Shown: piece by piece, positions 24,020 to 25,638 of the stretch
Numbering within the stretch: position 1 is the stretch's first letter
Layout of the letters: each line of letters opens with the position of its first letter
Source: a virus
Taxonomy: Duplodnaviria; Caudoviricetes
IMG/VR virus record: IMGVR_UViG_3300032312_001125
Location: 1 to 25,638 of that record
Length of the DNA: 25,638 nt
Direction: 5' to 3' (one strand)
Notes under the pieces: generated by a model
Told to the model about the DNA's origin: nothing
What the model saw: only the letters and a program-made list of their open reading frames with translations
The model's database searches: none
Translations under genes and position numbers: made by a program

Positions 24020-24263
24020 GGCGCACCCCGCTGAGCAGGTGACGGGCCCAACCGACAGCCCAGGCCGTGACGATCTGACCCGGCAGGTGCCCGTACTCAA
24101 GCTGGAACCATGCGTCAAGCTCGGCTTGAAGAGCTTCATCGCTGATCGCCGCGTCTGTTGCCCGCTGCGTTTTGATGACCCGCTCGGCAATCCAGCGGCC
24201 CTGCAGCTCGGGCGGCTGGGATCGGGCAGCTTCGATGATGTCGCTGAGGATGGCGTCGTCCAT
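24012..24263 (-). CDS. Hypothetical protein
   Basis: 83 aa, TGATG coupling to the SSB stop. Confidence 0.7.
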   Translation of the reverse strand: MDDAILSDIIEAARSQPPELQGRWIAERVIKTQRATDAAISDEALQAELDAWFQLEYGHLPGQIVTAWAVGWARHLLSGVRHA

Positions 24264-24832
24264 CAGAAAGGGGCCTCCTCGTCGGCGAACTCATCGATAT
24301 AGCCGGAGGTGTCGGCGGCCACGCTGTAGCCTTCCTGCTCCTCAAAGCCTTCGGCGACCTGCTCGCGAGCGTCTTCCCGGGGAACCCAGCTGACCACCTG
24401 ACAGGCCTTGGGCAGCAGCGTGATGCCGGCGCCGTCGTCGGTCCAGTCGCGAATCGTGAATCCCACGATCATTTCAGATCCGTTGCCGATTTCCTGGCCG
24501 TTCCATGGCTGCTTTTTTGCGTCAACCAGCCGCGGCCCTTTGCTAAAAGTGCCGTCGCTGTTCTTAAAGCGGCGAGCCTTGAAACGAACGCGGGTCTTGC
24601 CTTCGCCAATGCTTGACCACGGCTCGCCGCCCTTGGCGCGGTCGCGCTTGGCGCCGTGCAGCGACACAAACTCGGCCTCAAGATTGGCTAAAAATGCTTT
24701 GTGTGCTGGGTTGTTGTCGTCAAGAATCAGTTCAACGCTGTAATTCCATTTTTCTTTGTAGAGTTCAGCCGTGATCAGATGCGCATAACGCACCGGAGCC
24801 TTGGGGCTGTAGAAAGTTTCGGATGTCATCAA
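24263..24832 (-). CDS. Single-stranded DNA-binding protein, T7 gp2.5-like
   Basis: PRLVDAKKQP...IGNGS...GITL...QV motifs and acidic tail ending DEEAPF. Confidence 0.8.
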   Translation of the reverse strand: MMTSETFYSPKAPVRYAHLITAELYKEKWNYSVELILDDNNPAHKAFLANLEAEFVSLHGAKRDRAKGGEPWSSIGEGKTRVRFKARRFKNSDGTFSKGPRLVDAKKQPWNGQEIGNGSEMIVGFTIRDWTDDGAGITLLPKACQVVSWVPREDAREQVAEGFEEQEGYSVAADTSGYIDEFADEEAPF

Positions 24833-25098
24833 TCCAGAGGGGGTAAAGGCTTGAGACCCGCACCAATGCGGATCAGATGGTGGGCCGCGCCGGAGCGGCT
24901 GAGCCCGTGGCGCGTGACCAGATCAAGGACGGCAGCGCCGGCGTCCTTGCGCAGCGTCACCACGACGACGATGCTGCCCTCGGCTGGTTCCTGTCGCTGC
25001 CCGTAGACCCGCTGGCCGTAGGTGGTGGGAGGACTGGCGGGGGCCGGCAGTGACGGCCGCCGAGTCTTGCGTTTAGGCGTCTGATCGGCTTGGCTCAT
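24829..25098 (-). CDS. Putative ribbon-helix-helix DNA-binding protein
   Basis: Strand-helix-G-helix pattern VVVTLRKDAGAAVLDLVTRHGLSRSGAAHHLIRIG. Confidence 0.55.
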   Translation of the reverse strand: MSQADQTPKRKTRRPSLPAPASPPTTYGQRVYGQRQEPAEGSIVVVVTLRKDAGAAVLDLVTRHGLSRSGAAHHLIRIGAGLKPLPPLD

Positions 25099-25358
25099 GC
25101 GGCATTTGGGTGGCTGGCGCTGGGCACAGGGCGCAGCGGGCGGCTGTCGAGCAGGACAACCAGCTCGCGCTGGATGCGCTCCAGGGTGTCAATGTCTCGA
25201 CTGAGTGCAAGGGTGGCGCCGATCCCGATCGGGCCAATGATCCCCTGGGTCAGCCCACCATCAACTCGGGTTTGCAGGTCCAGCTGATAGTCGTCGGCGG
25301 CCAAGGTGACCAAATCAAGGGCCTGGGTGAGCCGGGCCCGGTTTTGCGCTCGGCTCAT
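25095..25358 (-). CDS. Hypothetical protein
   Basis: 87 aa, ATGA overlaps on both sides. Confidence 0.65.
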   Translation of the reverse strand: MSRAQNRARLTQALDLVTLAADDYQLDLQTRVDGGLTQGIIGPIGIGATLALSRDIDTLERIQRELVVLLDSRPLRPVPSASHPNAA

Positions 25359-25638
25359 GGTGCTACCCCACCGGCGGCTTCAATGCTCCAGCGGTCGCAA
25401 AACTCCAGGTGCCGCACTTCGGTGATCAGGGGAGCAATCGCCTTCGCTTCCCGCGGGACCCGGAAAGCGTCACGGAAACTGATGGTAAACGCCTTGCGCG
25501 CCTCAGCGCTCAGGCTGGAGATCATCGAAATGGCCACGGACTTTTGCGCATCGGTGAGCGGCGCGGCCAGGCGCTCGGATTCATGCGGCTCAGCCACGAC
25601 GACGCCACCAGTAGCAGCGGCTAGGGATTCGGCGGCGG
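25355..25638 (-). CDS. Partial gene (C-terminus only), possibly a recombination/annealing protein
   Basis: Frame stays open to the window edge (AAESLAAATGGVVVAEPHES...); function guessed only from proximity to the SSB. Confidence 0.55.
   Translation of the reverse strand, partial: AAESLAAATGGVVVAEPHESERLAAPLTDAQKSVAISMISSLSAEARKAFTISFRDAFRVPREAKAIAPLITEVRHLEFCDRWSIEAAGGVAP

Larger units (their letters stand above)
1..25638. mobile_element. Siphovirus genome segment or prophage with lambda-like head genes, probable picocyanobacterial host
   Basis: Continuous terminase-portal-capsid-tail-lysin gene order with ATGA/TGATG coupled overlaps; no host housekeeping genes; no integrase or att site in the window. 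Confidence 0.95.

Overview
The whole window is GC-rich phage DNA: most of the genome of a lambda-like siphovirus or prophage. The host is probably a picocyanobacterium (Synechococcus/Cyanobium), inferred from a cyanobacterial-type sigma70 and a putative NblA-like gene. The + strand (1-22838) carries small accessory genes (ASCH, Cys-rich protein, resolvase-like), a cos-like packaging region, TerS/TerL (GpA), gpW, portal, a fused protease-scaffold-capsid gene, cement and head-closure proteins, a repetitive fibre, small membrane proteins, tail terminator, tail tube, a frameshifted tail chaperone, tape measure, tail-tip genes, an L,D-transpeptidase-fold lysin and the NblA-like gene. The - strand (22765-25638) carries an RpoD-type sigma factor, small genes, a T7 gp2.5-like SSB, an RHH protein and a truncated gene. 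Main signals: (1) a five-copy T[T/G]CCTAGCCTG -10-type promoter motif at module starts, two copies predicting leaderless mRNAs, alongside a phage sigma with altered region 3.0 and region 4.2 residues; (2) a divergent NblA-like gene; (3) a probable internal GTG start in the capsid fusion gene, marked by a CAACCCCCG motif shared with other high-copy virion genes. No integrase, att site, tRNA, CRISPR array or reverse transcriptase was seen. All family calls come from motif recognition by eye, not database searches.
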